From: Trichodelitschia bisporula
Lineage: Eukaryota
NCBI GenBank assembly: GCA_010356995.1
Contig: ML996687.1
Span: forward strand, 1,117,803-1,181,802
Direction of reading: 5' to 3'
DNA: 64,000 bases
Below the pieces are notes generated by a model that was given only the letters and a program-made list of their open reading frames with translations, searched no databases and was not told where the DNA came from. Shown piece after piece: positions 11,248 to 22,459 of this stretch (position 1 is the first letter of the stretch; the number at the start of each line of letters is the position of its first letter). Both the position numbers and the translations under genes were made by a program.

Positions 11248-13199
11248 ATCCGGCTAGTTGATGTGCGTGCCATTGGCCGTGCGGTGGAGGCGGGCTTTTC
11301 CTCTCTGTGTGTCTGCTGTGCTGGTAACAGATAAACGGGCGTATCAATAGAAGTATATTGCTCGGCGACGCTGATGGTTGTGTGTGTGGTTGCGATTCAT
11401 GTCTGATGTTGTTTGGCCTTTCGGATGCTTGGCTGGCGTCCGTAGTCGTTCGGATGCCTGACTGACGTCTCTAGTTCTTCGTCTCTACCAGCAACATCGG
11501 ACGGAATGGGAAGGCAAAACGCGGTCGCGGGCCTCGCTTGCTAAGTAGTAGGGAGACTTCGGCGTGCTGCCCAGGGGTTAGGTGAGCCAGACTCTCATCG
11601 GTGCTGGCCCATGATGCACTCAGCCGAGTAGTGCACCAGAAGCTCCAACGAACGATAGCAAAGACAGCTGGATCTGGCTGGGTGCATCTTGCCAAAGAGG
11701 ATTTATGAACCGTGTTCCGTCGAAGGTTCAAAGGGGCGTCATTGGGCTATTTGGCGTTGGAGGAGGTAGAATCGGAAAGTTGTGTGTCGTTGTTGGAGGC
11801 TAGGGCCGAGTTTTATGTACCTGCATGTTCGGGCGGCAGTGGCGTCCCACGTGGGGGCGGGTCAAATCGGAGATAGGGCGCTAGTTGGGGAGATGTGCTA
11901 TTTTGGGGGTTGGCTTGCCTGGGATTTGGGCACTGGAGGGGTTAGTGAGGAATGACGACTGGCTTGATGCTGTTATATGATTCTCGGAGAGGTGGGTGAA
12001 TGGTGGTGGAGAGAGGAAGATTAGGGATGATGAGGGACGTGTGGAGGGTGAGCTTTGGGGATGCGAACTGTCAGAAGCAGTGTAACCGTACATAGTTATC
12101 TGGGAGTTACTTGGGGAAGATACTCACGATACTGTACCTCGTGAGGCTGAGGGAGAGAGATAGAGAAGAGGGAACGAGTCCCAGGTCACACTTGAGCTGC
12201 TCGAAGTCTCGACAGCCATTGAGTTCTCCACTGTACATTCCGACCGACTTGCCGATTTGAACGACTGCATGCGAGTAGCAGGAAATCCATGAGCATTTTC
12301 AGGAACTTGAATTGTCTACATCCGTAGAATGCATTTTCGCCAAAGATCACGGCAAAGAGGGCCCGGACTCGCGAAAGTGGGAAGTGGGAAGTGGTGACGA
12401 AATCATCACGGCTTCATGGGACGAAAAGCTTCAAAAGAGGCTGGCAGAGAAATTTTGCCAGCACTGATTGGCCGATGTCGGGCTTGTGCGCGGCTTATCG
12501 ATTGTCGCCCTCCCAACGGGAACAGTGAAACACGTCACCGGGGCAGCCTTCCGTTAGGCGATTTACCGGGGGGGGGTGCCCTAAAGTTAGGGGGGGGTTT
12601 CGTCTGGGGGAAGCAAACACTCAGCCTTCTCGAGCTCCACCAAGCTTCCCATCCCATCCCGACGTCAACAACAATCATCTTGTCTTTTGTTCTCCCCACC
12701 CATCCCATTGTTCAAGTAAAAAAAAGTGTGCAGGAGTTGCGCAATTAATTTCTTCCCCAACCTCCGTCTCCGCAAGTGTGTCTCGGGCACAGCGCATGAG
12801 TGGGCCGGCCTTGGTGGGAGTGGCAGGTAGTACGAAAAATCGGAGGCGGGTTGCCAGCCATTTGTGCAGCGACGACCGTCGACCTTCTCCGCTGGCCGCG
12901 CAATTGGGAAGTCTCTCCCATCTCTCGTTTCTGCTTCATTCTCTTTGTCTGAACATACTCTGACACTGATCTTTGCCGCTGTTCCAGGACTTCAACTGCA
13001 GCTTGCGTTGTTGCTACAAGCAAACTAGGACGCTACGATCCCCCTCAACAGTTACCGAGCGCCTTTGCAGCAAGAACAACTCACACCTCCCGCGCAACTA
13101 TACTCCGTACTTCAACACTTCAACACATCCACTCCACATTCCACGATATTCACATCCAGCATTAGCATTCCGCACCGCCCACGGGGCCAATTGCCCAGC

Positions 13200-14396
13200 A
13201 TGCGCCCCTCTCTTTTCTCCCTCCTCGCCCTTACGACCCTCACCGCCGCATCACCCTTCTCGCGGCTTTCCTCTCTCGCCTCAGACCTCGAAGCGCGCGC
13301 AGAACAACTCCTCCACATCGAACACTCCCCTCTCCTCTTCGAGCGCGGCAACACATGCGCCGCCGGCACCACATCCTGCGGCTTCTACGGACAGCTCTGC
13401 TGCACGTCGTCAGAAAGCTGCATCACAGACAGCAACAACCAAGCGCAGTGCGTGGCAGCCGTCCAAGGTGCCAATGCCGCTGTTTCCTCCTCTGGGGCCT
13501 GGGCCGTGTACACGTCCACATGGGTTGAGACGAACCTCGTGACGAAGACATCCGTCTACTCGTCCTGGGTTCCGGCTGCGACTGGCACTGGAACATGCAA
13601 GCCCAACTGGGCGAACAACGAATCCCCCTGCGGCTCCATCTGCTGCAAGTCCGGTCAGTACTGCTACTCCGATGGCGTGTGCGCTCCAGCTGGCGCGAAC
13701 GGCTTCACGACCACGGGCGTCGGACCCATCATTCGACCTACGACGGGCACCGGCGTGATTGTCACGCAGACGGCGAGCCCAACGACGACGATGGCGTTTC
13801 AGACACCGGCGCCGGCGAACAATGGCACAGCTGTCCCGAGCAAGAGTCACCTCAGCGGCGGCGCAATTGCGGGCATTGTCATCGGTGTGCTTCTCGGCAT
13901 TGCGCTGCTGTTCTTGCTCTGCCTGTTCTGTTGTCTGAAGAAGGGCTTCGAGGGTATCCTTGCGCTGCTTGGTATAGGGAGGAAGAAGGAGCGCCGCACA
14001 CGACATGTTGAGGAGACCATCATCAGCTCGCGCCATAGACACGGGGGTGCTGCCGTTGTCGCCGAGGATCGGAGATGGTATGGCGGTGGCGGTGGGCGCG
14101 CGTCGAGCCGCGTCTCGGACCGCAGGCAGAAGAGGACGGGCGGTCTTGGGGGCATGGCGGCTGTTACTGCCGGTCTCGGGGGACTAGCGCTTGCGTTGGG
14201 TCTGCGGAGAAAGGAGAAAAGAGCGAAGAGTGAGGTGAGCAGTACTGGGTACACATACGAGTCGTACAGTTACACAGACGAGAGTGAGTCTGCCTTTTCG
14301 TAATCTTCTTTTTTGGGCGGGGAACAGGGACTAATTGTCGTTCTAGGTGCGAGTTCAAGAAGCGATGACCGAACGCGACGAAGCTCGAGACGCTAG
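13200..14396 (+). CDS. Type I membrane protein with signal peptide, Cys-rich and Ser/Thr-rich ectodomain (Mid2-like architecture)
   Basis: MRPSLFSLLALTTLTAA signal, two CG..CC clusters, LSGGAIAGIVIGV TM helix, basic cytoplasmic tail. Final intron at 14284-14346. Confidence 0.85.
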
Positions 14397-15268
14397 TGTC
14401 ACGGGCACGTACAACAGCCGGAGCAGCAGCGTTAGCTCCATCTCAGAGGAGAGTGTGGTGCGCGAGGTTGTTACAGATCGCGCGGTCGTTCGGGTTCGCG
14501 AGGTGGCCCGCAGTCGGTACGCGCGGGGTTATGCCGTCGTCGTGCCCGTGGAAGATGACTGGTCTGCTTATTCTGCTGGGAGCGAAGAGACGATTGATGC
14601 TGCATTTCATCCGGGCGTTTATGATAGCACACTAGGGGAATCAGTGTGGACGGAGGAATAATGTATTTGTACATGGGTTTTATCAATGACTGGGTGATAG
14701 CAGGGGGCTGCTTCTGAGGCTATCTGTGGATATGGGATGGATGGATGGGTGTCATGAACGTAATGATGGCGGGAATTAGACTGAATTTGACGCGCGATGC
14801 GGTTATGGCTGTGCTTTGATGCTGGTTGACTGTCACGGTGCCATGCCCAACCCCCCTCTGGACCCTTACCGGTCCAGCTACCTTGTGCTCGGTCACCACC
14901 GGGGCTCTTGCCTGAGGGCAAGGAGGCTTGGAGCTGGGAACTTGAAGGTCTCCTCTCCTCCATCTCCTCCGTCTCCTCTCTTCTCCTCGACTGAAGTGTC
15001 TTGAAGCTCTTAACTCTCTGGTATGACTCCGTGACAGTGATGAAGATGACAACCGTTCTTAGACTCAGCTGCGTCTACGGCGTTATTGAGTTAAGTTGTC
15101 CGTCTAACTATTCACTCTTTTGATACCTAGAACTCTTACTGACCAAAATTCCAATAGAAAGAAAACAAGACTGATCCAGAAAGACAAGCTACCCTGAAAC
15201 GCCAACCTCTATAACAATCTAGTTCAAGATGTCCTCCGCTTGTCCATGCCGTCACATACCCACCACCC

Positions 15269-16234
15269 CTACCCGCTCGCCTCCTCCAACAGCGCCCTCG
15301 CACACGCCGCCGCCGTAACAGACGCATACGCCTGCCACCCCTTTGTCTTATGACTATCCGCATAATCCGCCACACCCTTAACCACAATCGTGGGGAGCGT
15401 ATCCCACACCCCCGCCGCTTCCATCTCAAACCCCACCACCTGTTCCCGTACTGCAACGCCGTCTCGCTCCGTCCCCGCCCGTACGACCCAATCGCTGCAA
15501 CCCATGACTCCGAAATGCACACCCGGCCCTCGTGCCCCCTTTACCCGCCGTATCTCGTACCCGAGATCGCACCCGATGCTGCTGCAGTCGGTCCCCATCA
15601 CGGCGGAGCACATCCCGCCCGAGCTGCAGATGCTGCAGCCGCGGCGGTGCCGGTGCTGGTAGGCGGAGGCGAAGAGCCGGTCTGCCTGAGGGCCCGGGTA
15701 CGCGGCCCGTAGCTCGGGCCGCGCCGCGAGTTGTGCTGCGTACGGACCCATGCGGGCGCGCAGCCTGGAGGCGGCAGCGGGGGAAGCGAAACGGGACAAC
15801 AGGGCCCTAGGCGCGAGAGCAGGATTTGCACCCGGGGGAGCGGGCATGGGGGCCCGTGGATTCGCAGTCTCGAGATCGAACTCCGCCACCGCAGTACTCA
15901 CTAGGACGTCACCCAAATGTATGGGCACGCCGGACGGTGAGGTAGGGACAGCGCCAGCGACGCCGACTACCAGCGCGAGGGCGAGGGCGGGGAAGGAGAT
16001 GCGCAGGTCTACGGCTAGGAGGGCGGCGTTGAGCTTGCCGGCGCCTGGGAGGAGGGCGATGACGGTGTTGTGGCCCGCTAGGCGGCCGAGGGTGTAGGTG
16101 TTTGGGTCTGTGGGGCGGGTGAGGTGGGTGAAGGGGGGGTAGATTGTGTCGAGGAGGGCGGTTGCGGCGGCGGCTTCGAGGGGGAGAGCGCAGATTAAGG
16201 CTACGGAGAAGGAAGAGGGGACGAGGAGGGGCAT
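15269..16234 (-). CDS. Stand-alone purine nucleoside phosphorylase domain protein (PNP_UDP_1, fungal NLR-associated type)
   Basis: Motifs ALICALPLE, DPNTYTLG, LVVGVAGAVP, IHLGDV, GFEMEAAG, VKGVADYADSHKTKGWQAYA. Intronless; stops right after the domain. Confidence 0.92.
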   Translation of the reverse strand: MPLLVPSSFSVALICALPLEAAAATALLDTIYPPFTHLTRPTDPNTYTLGRLAGHNTVIALLPGAGKLNAALLAVDLRISFPALALALVVGVAGAVPTSPSGVPIHLGDVLVSTAVAEFDLETANPRAPMPAPPGANPALAPRALLSRFASPAAASRLRARMGPYAAQLAARPELRAAYPGPQADRLFASAYQHRHRRGCSICSSGGMCSAVMGTDCSSIGCDLGYEIRRVKGARGPGVHFGVMGCSDWVVRAGTERDGVAVREQVVGFEMEAAGVWDTLPTIVVKGVADYADSHKTKGWQAYASVTAAACARALLEEASG

Positions 16235-17024
16235 GGTGAGGGAGGTGGTTTAGTCTAGTCTATTAAGTGCTGTGAGCTCGTTGGGAGTGAGGCGATGGTT
16301 GAAGGCGTAGGATCTGGATAGTCAGCCTTGTGCGCCCAGCAACCCGCACCACCACGTACCTTTAGCACAAGTCTCAAATCTTCTAGCAGTAAACTGGACT
16401 AGACTGAAGAACTCTGTCCTACGTAACACAACGCATCCTACCGCTGGGTCTTATACTCCCTCACTACCACAGCCACGCTCCCCCTCCGGCGTGAACCGCG
16501 ACATGCGCCCGGAACATGACTTTGCCGCCGAGACTGTGCCCCTGCACGTACCCGGACCGATGTTGGTAGCATCCCTCCCCGGGTGCTCTGGAATCCTTAG
16601 GTCGGCGAGGGCGGATATGGGATGCATTTAAGCGCGCGCGCTGGGGGGCCGGGGTCGCGTTTCAGAGACCAGCCGTGGTTGGTTGAGGGGTGCGGCGCGG
16701 GTTAGAGAATAGACGACGCGGTGGGGGAGATCAGTTGAACTCTGGTATTAGAGTCTGGGATATGCTGGTTGGAGAAGCAGCTTGACGTGAGACGGATATG
16801 GCTAGAAGGGGGGGATGGAGTTGAGGTGAGGTTGTTGAACGGGTGTTCACGTGATGTATTGCCCGATCGGGATATCGTGAGCTCTGACTTTGATCGACGA
16901 GGCCAGCGGACTTTAAGCTGATGCAAGAGGACTTCGGGAAAGTCGAGGAAGCGGTGCGTACATTCGGTCCATTTTTTGTTATCCAAATCTACAGCCCATT
17001 CCTCCCAAACTGTCGTAACCGACT

Positions 17025-18312
17025 TTACACACTCGCTTCCTCTGAGCCCTTTTTCACCTCGCTCCACGAGCCTGTCGTCCCAGAGAGGGCATTGACCTCC
17101 TCGACCATCTCACTAACCTTAGCATCGTGCTTGCTCGCCATGGGCTCAAGCCCCCAGCGGTCAAACATGACCTTATCCTCGTCCCACCCATTGCACTCCG
17201 TAGTCAACATCTTCTCGCCCGTGAACACGGCATTAGCGCCCGCCATGAAGCACAGCATCTGCTTCTCCTCGCTCATAATGTTGCGCCCCGCGGCCAGACG
17301 GATGATGGTGGAGGGGAGCACGAGGCGCGCCGTGGCAATGGTGCGCACAATGGCGTCGAAGGGTACGATTTCAGAGTCGCCCAGCGGGGTGCCCTTGATG
17401 GGGACGAGGGCGTTGACGGGGAAGGACTCCGGGTGCGACGGCATTGTCGCAACCGTATGCAACAAGCCCACCCGATCCGTCTCCTTCTCACCCAGCCCCA
17501 AAATCCCGCCCGAGCACACATTGATCCCCGCATCGCGCACATTCGCAATCGTCGCCAACCGCTCGTCGTAGCTCCGCGTCGTAATTACATTGGGATAGTG
17601 CTCGCGGCTCGTGTCGACGTTGTGGTTATACGCCGTAAGCCCCGCGTCCTTGAGCTCACGCGCCTGCGCCGCGTCGATCATGCCCAGCGTCACGCACGCC
17701 TCCATGCCCAGCGCCCGCACCCCGCTCACCATGTCCTTGATGTTCTTGAGGTTCGTCTTGCGGCCGCGCATGTCGCGCCACGCGGCGCCCATGCAGAACC
17801 GGCTGCTACCGTTGGACTTTGCGATGCGTGCGGCTTCGAGGACGGATTCGACGGTTACCATTTTTGTGGCTTTGAGGCCGGTGTTGTGTTTGCTGGATTG
17901 GGCGCAGTAGCTGCAGTCCTCGCTGCAGCCGCCGGTTTTGATGTTCATCAGTGTGCACATTTGGATGGCGCGCGGGGAGTGGAAGCGTCGGTGGACGGTG
18001 GCCTGCGACGCGGTCAGAGGCACGAGCGGAGATTCAGAGGCACGAGAGACAAACGGCCGCGTATTGCAGCTCTACCAAGGGCGTGTGGTACAGCTCTGCG
18101 ATCTCATCCTTGGACCAGTTCGTGCGCGGGCCGGCGGCGTCGATGGCGGCTTGCAGCGCGGAACGTCCCTTGGAAGCTGTAGCCGCGGGCGAGGGCACGG
18201 GGATGGGCGTGCTGCCGAGCGGGGCGTCGTGGACGGTGCTGAATGTGCGGAGGGGGGTGCGCAGCGCGGGGAGCCGCACGCTGGCGTGGAAGGTGGCGCG
18301 GAAGCAGCTCAT
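17025..18312 (-). CDS. BIO2: Biotin synthase (radical SAM), mitochondrial
   Basis: CSEDCSYC radical-SAM motif, FCMGAAWR, YNHNVDTS, PESFPVNAL, IIRLAAGR. Arg-rich presequence; intron at 18003-18054. Confidence 0.97.
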
Positions 18313-18732
18313 CGCGAGTGAGTTTCGGGGAGGTGAGGGAGTGGAGATAGTGTTGAGGGTAGGGAATGAAGTTGAGCAGAGTGTTGCGGAGAGGGGAGTC
18401 CGGTGGGTGTTGGGATGGTGGGGCAGCTGGGGGGTTCGTTCGGCGTCGGCTTCACGGCCCGAGGTTGGCCGAGTTGCTGCACTGGATAGGCGCGCGGGTC
18501 AGGTGATAGGGCGTGTCGGGGAAGACGCGTTCTGGACTGCAACTCCAGGTTCTGCATACAATTATCCGCTTCCGGAAGTGTGTTTGGTTAGTTTTTGGGC
18601 AGCGCACTCGGTTGATCTCATGTGCCGCTACGAACTCCTCAGCCTCGCCATCGTCTTCTTCCAGGACCGCCGCTCCCGCGCGTCGCCCCACTCCCACCGC
18701 ACCGCAGATATCCCCCCGCCGCGACCGCCGCA

Positions 18733-20844
18733 ATGCTCCACGAAATCCTCCTCTCGCTCGCGGGGCATCCCTCAGCGCTCTTCGATCCCGCACACCCGGG
18801 CCAGGTAGACGCGTCCTTCCCGCTGCTCTCGCCGCCCGAGCGCGCGCTCCTCGAAACGATCGCCCATCTCTCCACTCTGCACCGCACCACCCGCGCCGCC
18901 GCCACGAGCATCGCGTCCACGCATCCCTCGCCCATCGCCCGGGCCGTAGCCTCCGCGCTCATAACACCACACCTCGAAGCCTTCCAGCACAAGATCCTGT
19001 CCGTCGAGCGCTCCATCCTCGCGCACGACTCCAGCACCGTGGGCGCGTACAACATCGTCCCGCTCGCCTCGCTCGTCGCCGACTTCGACGACTGGACGCG
19101 CCGGCTAGAATGGTACTCCACACTCACAGCCTACATCCAACCTAAGAACAGCACCCCTTGCACCGGCGCCGCGCTCATCGACCACCTCCGCTCCGCCGCC
19201 CAAACCGGCTACCCGGACATCGAAACCGCGGCCCTATCCCTCGGCCGCGTCGCCGAAACAGCATGGCTGCGCCAACTCTCCGTCTGGGTGCTCTACGGGC
19301 GATTGCCCGTACATGCAGGCGGGGACTTCTTCATCCAACCGGCGCCAGAGGGGGAGGGGACTGAATTCGTCCTCGCGCCCCGGCTGCTCCCCGGTTTCGT
19401 GCCGCCACCCGTCGCTTCATCGATCTTGTTCATCGGCAAGTCGCTAACGCACATCCGCGCCCGCGGCCTGGAGGACGTACCCGGCGTTCGCAGCGCAGCT
19501 GGCCGGACCTCGGAGCTCGACCTCCTCCCAACGCACCTAGCACACCTCTCCGCCCTCGCATTGCCAATAAGCAGCGCTGCGCTCGGCAGCGTGATAAGCG
19601 CAATCCGGCTCTCCCTCTCGCGCACTGCGCTGCAGCGCCTCCTCCCCCTGCCCAAAATTACCTCCATCCTAACCGTGCTGCGGGATTTCTTCCTCCTCGG
19701 CCGGGGCGAATTTGCCGTCGCCCTCGTGGCAGCAGCAGACGAGCGCCTCGTCCTGCGCACGAAAAACATGCTCGCCGCGCCGCCGGACGCGCTTCGCGGA
19801 ATGCAGATAAAAAGCGCCGAGTTAACCGCCATCCTCCACAAAGCCCTCAGCACCCTCTCCTCTACAGTCCCGGAATCAGACGCCGATGATTCAACCCTGT
19901 ACCTAGCGCGGGAACTCCTGCACCTCGGCCCGCCACCCCGGCCCCATCCCACACCTAACCTCCCCACCCCCGCACCCACCAGCTTCGCCTCCTTCCTCCT
20001 CCCTACTCCTACAGGCCTAACCCTGCACACACCCTCCCCGTACGACCTCTTCCTCTCATCCCCGGAACTAGCCCTCTACTCAAGTCTCGCGTCATATCTC
20101 CTCTCCCTCCGCCGCGCACACTTACGCCTCACCTCCCTCTGGCGCGAATCGCCCCTCCGCCGCTCACATCCGTGCCCGCCCGGCCCACCGACCAGCTGCA
20201 CCCCCCACGGGGCAGCACTGCTCAAGACGCAGCGCGAGCGGGCTGCAAGGCGGAATGTAGCGCTCCGACCGGTATGGGCCGTGGCCGGCGCGGCGGTGTT
20301 CCTCCTTGCGGAGCTCGGGGCTTACTTCGAGGGTGATGTGGTGCGGGGCGCGTGGGAGGCACTGGGGACGTGGATCGGCGAGGGCGGGGACGGGGCGCCG
20401 CGGGATCCCGAGGCGCTGACGGCGGCGCATTTGGCGTATCTGCGCGTTGTGGTGCTGGGGTTGCTCCTGCCGCATGCCGGGTTTGTGCGAGCGTTGCATG
20501 ACTTGCTGCAAGCTGTGGATGCGTTGGCTGCGGGGGTGGGACGGCTGTGTGTGTTGCATGCAGCCATGGATTTGGAGAGTGATAGTGGGGTTGTGGATTC
20601 GTTTGGGCCGGGGGAGGCGGAGGTGGGGAGTGTAGGGAGGGAGGTGGAACGGGCGAGGAAGAGGGTTGATGCGGGGGTTAGGGGGGTTGTGGGTGTGCTT
20701 AGGGGGTTGGAGGGGGGAGGGGAGGAGTTGCTGCTGGGGGAGGCGGTGTGGCGGGTGCCTGGCGTGGAGAGGTTGCTTATGAAGTTGGAGTTTGGGGGGG
20801 TAGGGAGGGAGGATGGGGAAGAGGTGGAGTTGGTGGTTAGGTAG
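18733..20844 (+). CDS. GCP4: Gamma-tubulin complex component 4 (Spc97/Spc98 family)
   Basis: N-terminal MLHEILLSLAGHPS, WLRQLSVWVLYG, SILFIGKSL, LRDFFLLGRGEF, and C-terminal RLLMKL. Confidence 0.88.
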   Translation: MLHEILLSLAGHPSALFDPAHPGQVDASFPLLSPPERALLETIAHLSTLHRTTRAAATSIASTHPSPIARAVASALITPHLEAFQHKILSVERSILAHDSSTVGAYNIVPLASLVADFDDWTRRLEWYSTLTAYIQPKNSTPCTGAALIDHLRSAAQTGYPDIETAALSLGRVAETAWLRQLSVWVLYGRLPVHAGGDFFIQPAPEGEGTEFVLAPRLLPGFVPPPVASSILFIGKSLTHIRARGLEDVPGVRSAAGRTSELDLLPTHLAHLSALALPISSAALGSVISAIRLSLSRTALQRLLPLPKITSILTVLRDFFLLGRGEFAVALVAAADERLVLRTKNMLAAPPDALRGMQIKSAELTAILHKALSTLSSTVPESDADDSTLYLARELLHLGPPPRPHPTPNLPTPAPTSFASFLLPTPTGLTLHTPSPYDLFLSSPELALYSSLASYLLSLRRAHLRLTSLWRESPLRRSHPCPPGPPTSCTPHGAALLKTQRERAARRNVALRPVWAVAGAAVFLLAELGAYFEGDVVRGAWEALGTWIGEGGDGAPRDPEALTAAHLAYLRVVVLGLLLPHAGFVRALHDLLQAVDALAAGVGRLCVLHAAMDLESDSGVVDSFGPGEAEVGSVGREVERARKRVDAGVRGVVGVLRGLEGGGEELLLGEAVWRVPGVERLLMKLEFGGVGREDGEEVELVVR

Positions 20845-20946
20845 AGAGGTGGGCTTTGCTCTGGCGTTATGGGCTGGGTGGGATGGATGGATGGATAGAT
20901 GGCATAAAACGGGTCTAGGGACGTTTATTACTGCGGAAAGGCCTAC

Positions 20947-21193
20947 TACCACGAAGTGCTACACAAGAATGGTGCAAAGAAAAGACGATAAACACATGTA
21001 AAAGGCGTGGGGCTCACATGCCCCTCTCCAAAGGACGACTTCCAGGGCTTTTCCTCAACCCTTCCAGGGAGGGTTTTTGCCGTGTAGAACCAAAGAAATT
21101 GGTCAAACCCACTCCTAAAGTGGTGAGACCCAACCATACGGCTAGCTAAAACAACCCTGGGCGTAATCAAGCTATTATTATTACCACGAAGTG
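20947..21193 (+). mobile_element. Short retroposed fragment (5'-truncated non-LTR/SINE-like 3' end) with target-site duplication and (TAT)n tail
   Basis: TACCACGAAGTG occurs at 20947-20958 and 21182-21193, flanking ~220 bp that contain several stems and end in TATTATTATTA. Confidence 0.7.
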
Positions 21194-21523
21194 TTAATGG
21201 CTCCCAGACTGAGTGGAGGTGATGTTAAGCCTCGCTCTAGGTAGATCACGTGATGAATATACGTTGAGAGGTTGTTCAAGAGGTGAAGGTAGGAAAGGGC
21301 ATTAGGCATGCACCTTTTTGAATTCAAGCGTCAGAAGCGTTAACACTGGCAATGAGGTATTCGGTATCATACTCTCCGTAAGCGGAATTCTCGTTGACGA
21401 TTTTGGCGTCGCCGTAGAATCAACTGGATCTCGTCACGTGCTTGAACTCCAGTGGCAGCTGGATTTAAATGTTGTCCGTTTCCGCTACTTCACCTACCAA
21501 CCTTCAACATCATACATCAAACC

Positions 21524-22459
21524 ATGGCTTCTCCAGTTCAGACCTCTCCAAACCCTCACAGCTCTCCCAACCCTCAGAGCTCTCCCAACTCTCAGAGCTC
21601 TTCGAAACCCCAGAGCTCTCCAAACCTTCAGAGTTATTCGAATCGTCAGAACTCTCCAAACCTTTAAAAGCCTTCGCATCCTCAGAGTTCTCCAAACCTT
21701 CAGAGTTCTCCAAACCTTCGGATCTCTTTGAATCTTCAGAGCTCTCCGAACCCTCCAAACCCACCATATGTTGGCTCTTTCCAGTCCTATATTCAGTCCC
21801 AAGCCACGCAGCAGGCGCGAGCTTCTTCAGCTCAAAACTCACAGGGCCGTCGGCAACCAGCATCTTTTGACTCATTCGAGGACTTTCTTCATTTCCACGT
21901 TCAGCAGCATCAATCCGAGCAGCAGTCGCAAGTCGCGCAGCAGTCGCAAGTCGCGCAGCAGTCTCAAGCAGCGCAGCCGGCGCGAGTTTCTTCAGCTCAA
22001 AGCTCACAGGGCCCTCGGCAACTAGCATCTTTTGACTCTCTCGAGGCCTATCTTCATTTCCACATTCAGCAGCATCAATCTGCGCAGCAGTCGCAAGTCA
22101 CGCAGCAGCCTCAAACAGCGCAACAGCCTCAAACAGCGCAGCAGCCTCAAGCCGCGCAGCTGCCCCAAGCCGCGCAGCAGCCTCAAGCTCCGCAGCGGTG
22201 TGAAGCTACGCTGCAGTCAGAAGCCGCGGAGCAGTCAGAAGCCACACAGAAGCCTCACGCAGTACGACATAAAGAGCTTACACGTGACAAACGCATCCAG
22301 ATCCTGACTTTGAGAAACATGGCCGGCATGACGTACGCAGATATTGCAAGGCACGTAGGCTGCTCAATGAGACAAGTTCAACGGACAGTCGTCATAGGAC
22401 ATCCCTCGCCTCAGAGAAAGGGACGCTGTGGTCGTAAAAAGCGCGCATCTTCGACGTGA
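21524..22459 (+). pseudogene. Q/S/P-rich repeat protein fused to a Tc1/mariner-type N-terminal HTH, with one in-frame TAA at 21665-21667
   Basis: ATG 21524 is in frame with ORF 21728-22459. QSSPNL hexapeptide repeats and a 165-bp internal duplication precede the C-terminal KELTRDKRIQILTLRNMAGMTYADIARHVGCSMRQVQR...GR. Confidence 0.65.

Noticed and set aside
15037..15142. Box C/D snoRNA candidate (GTGATGA...CTGA)
   Set aside because: No terminal stem and no recognisable rRNA-complementary guide; the motifs are short enough to occur by chance.
17127..18182. Long antisense ORFs over BIO2 (also over STT4, eIF3b and GCP4)
   Set aside because: Shadow ORFs caused by GC-rich codon bias of the real genes.
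20997..21008. GCCTTTTAC on the minus strand (U5 snRNA loop 1 sequence)
   Set aside because: There is no supporting U5 stem, internal loop or Sm site, and the region is better explained as a TSD-flanked retroposon.
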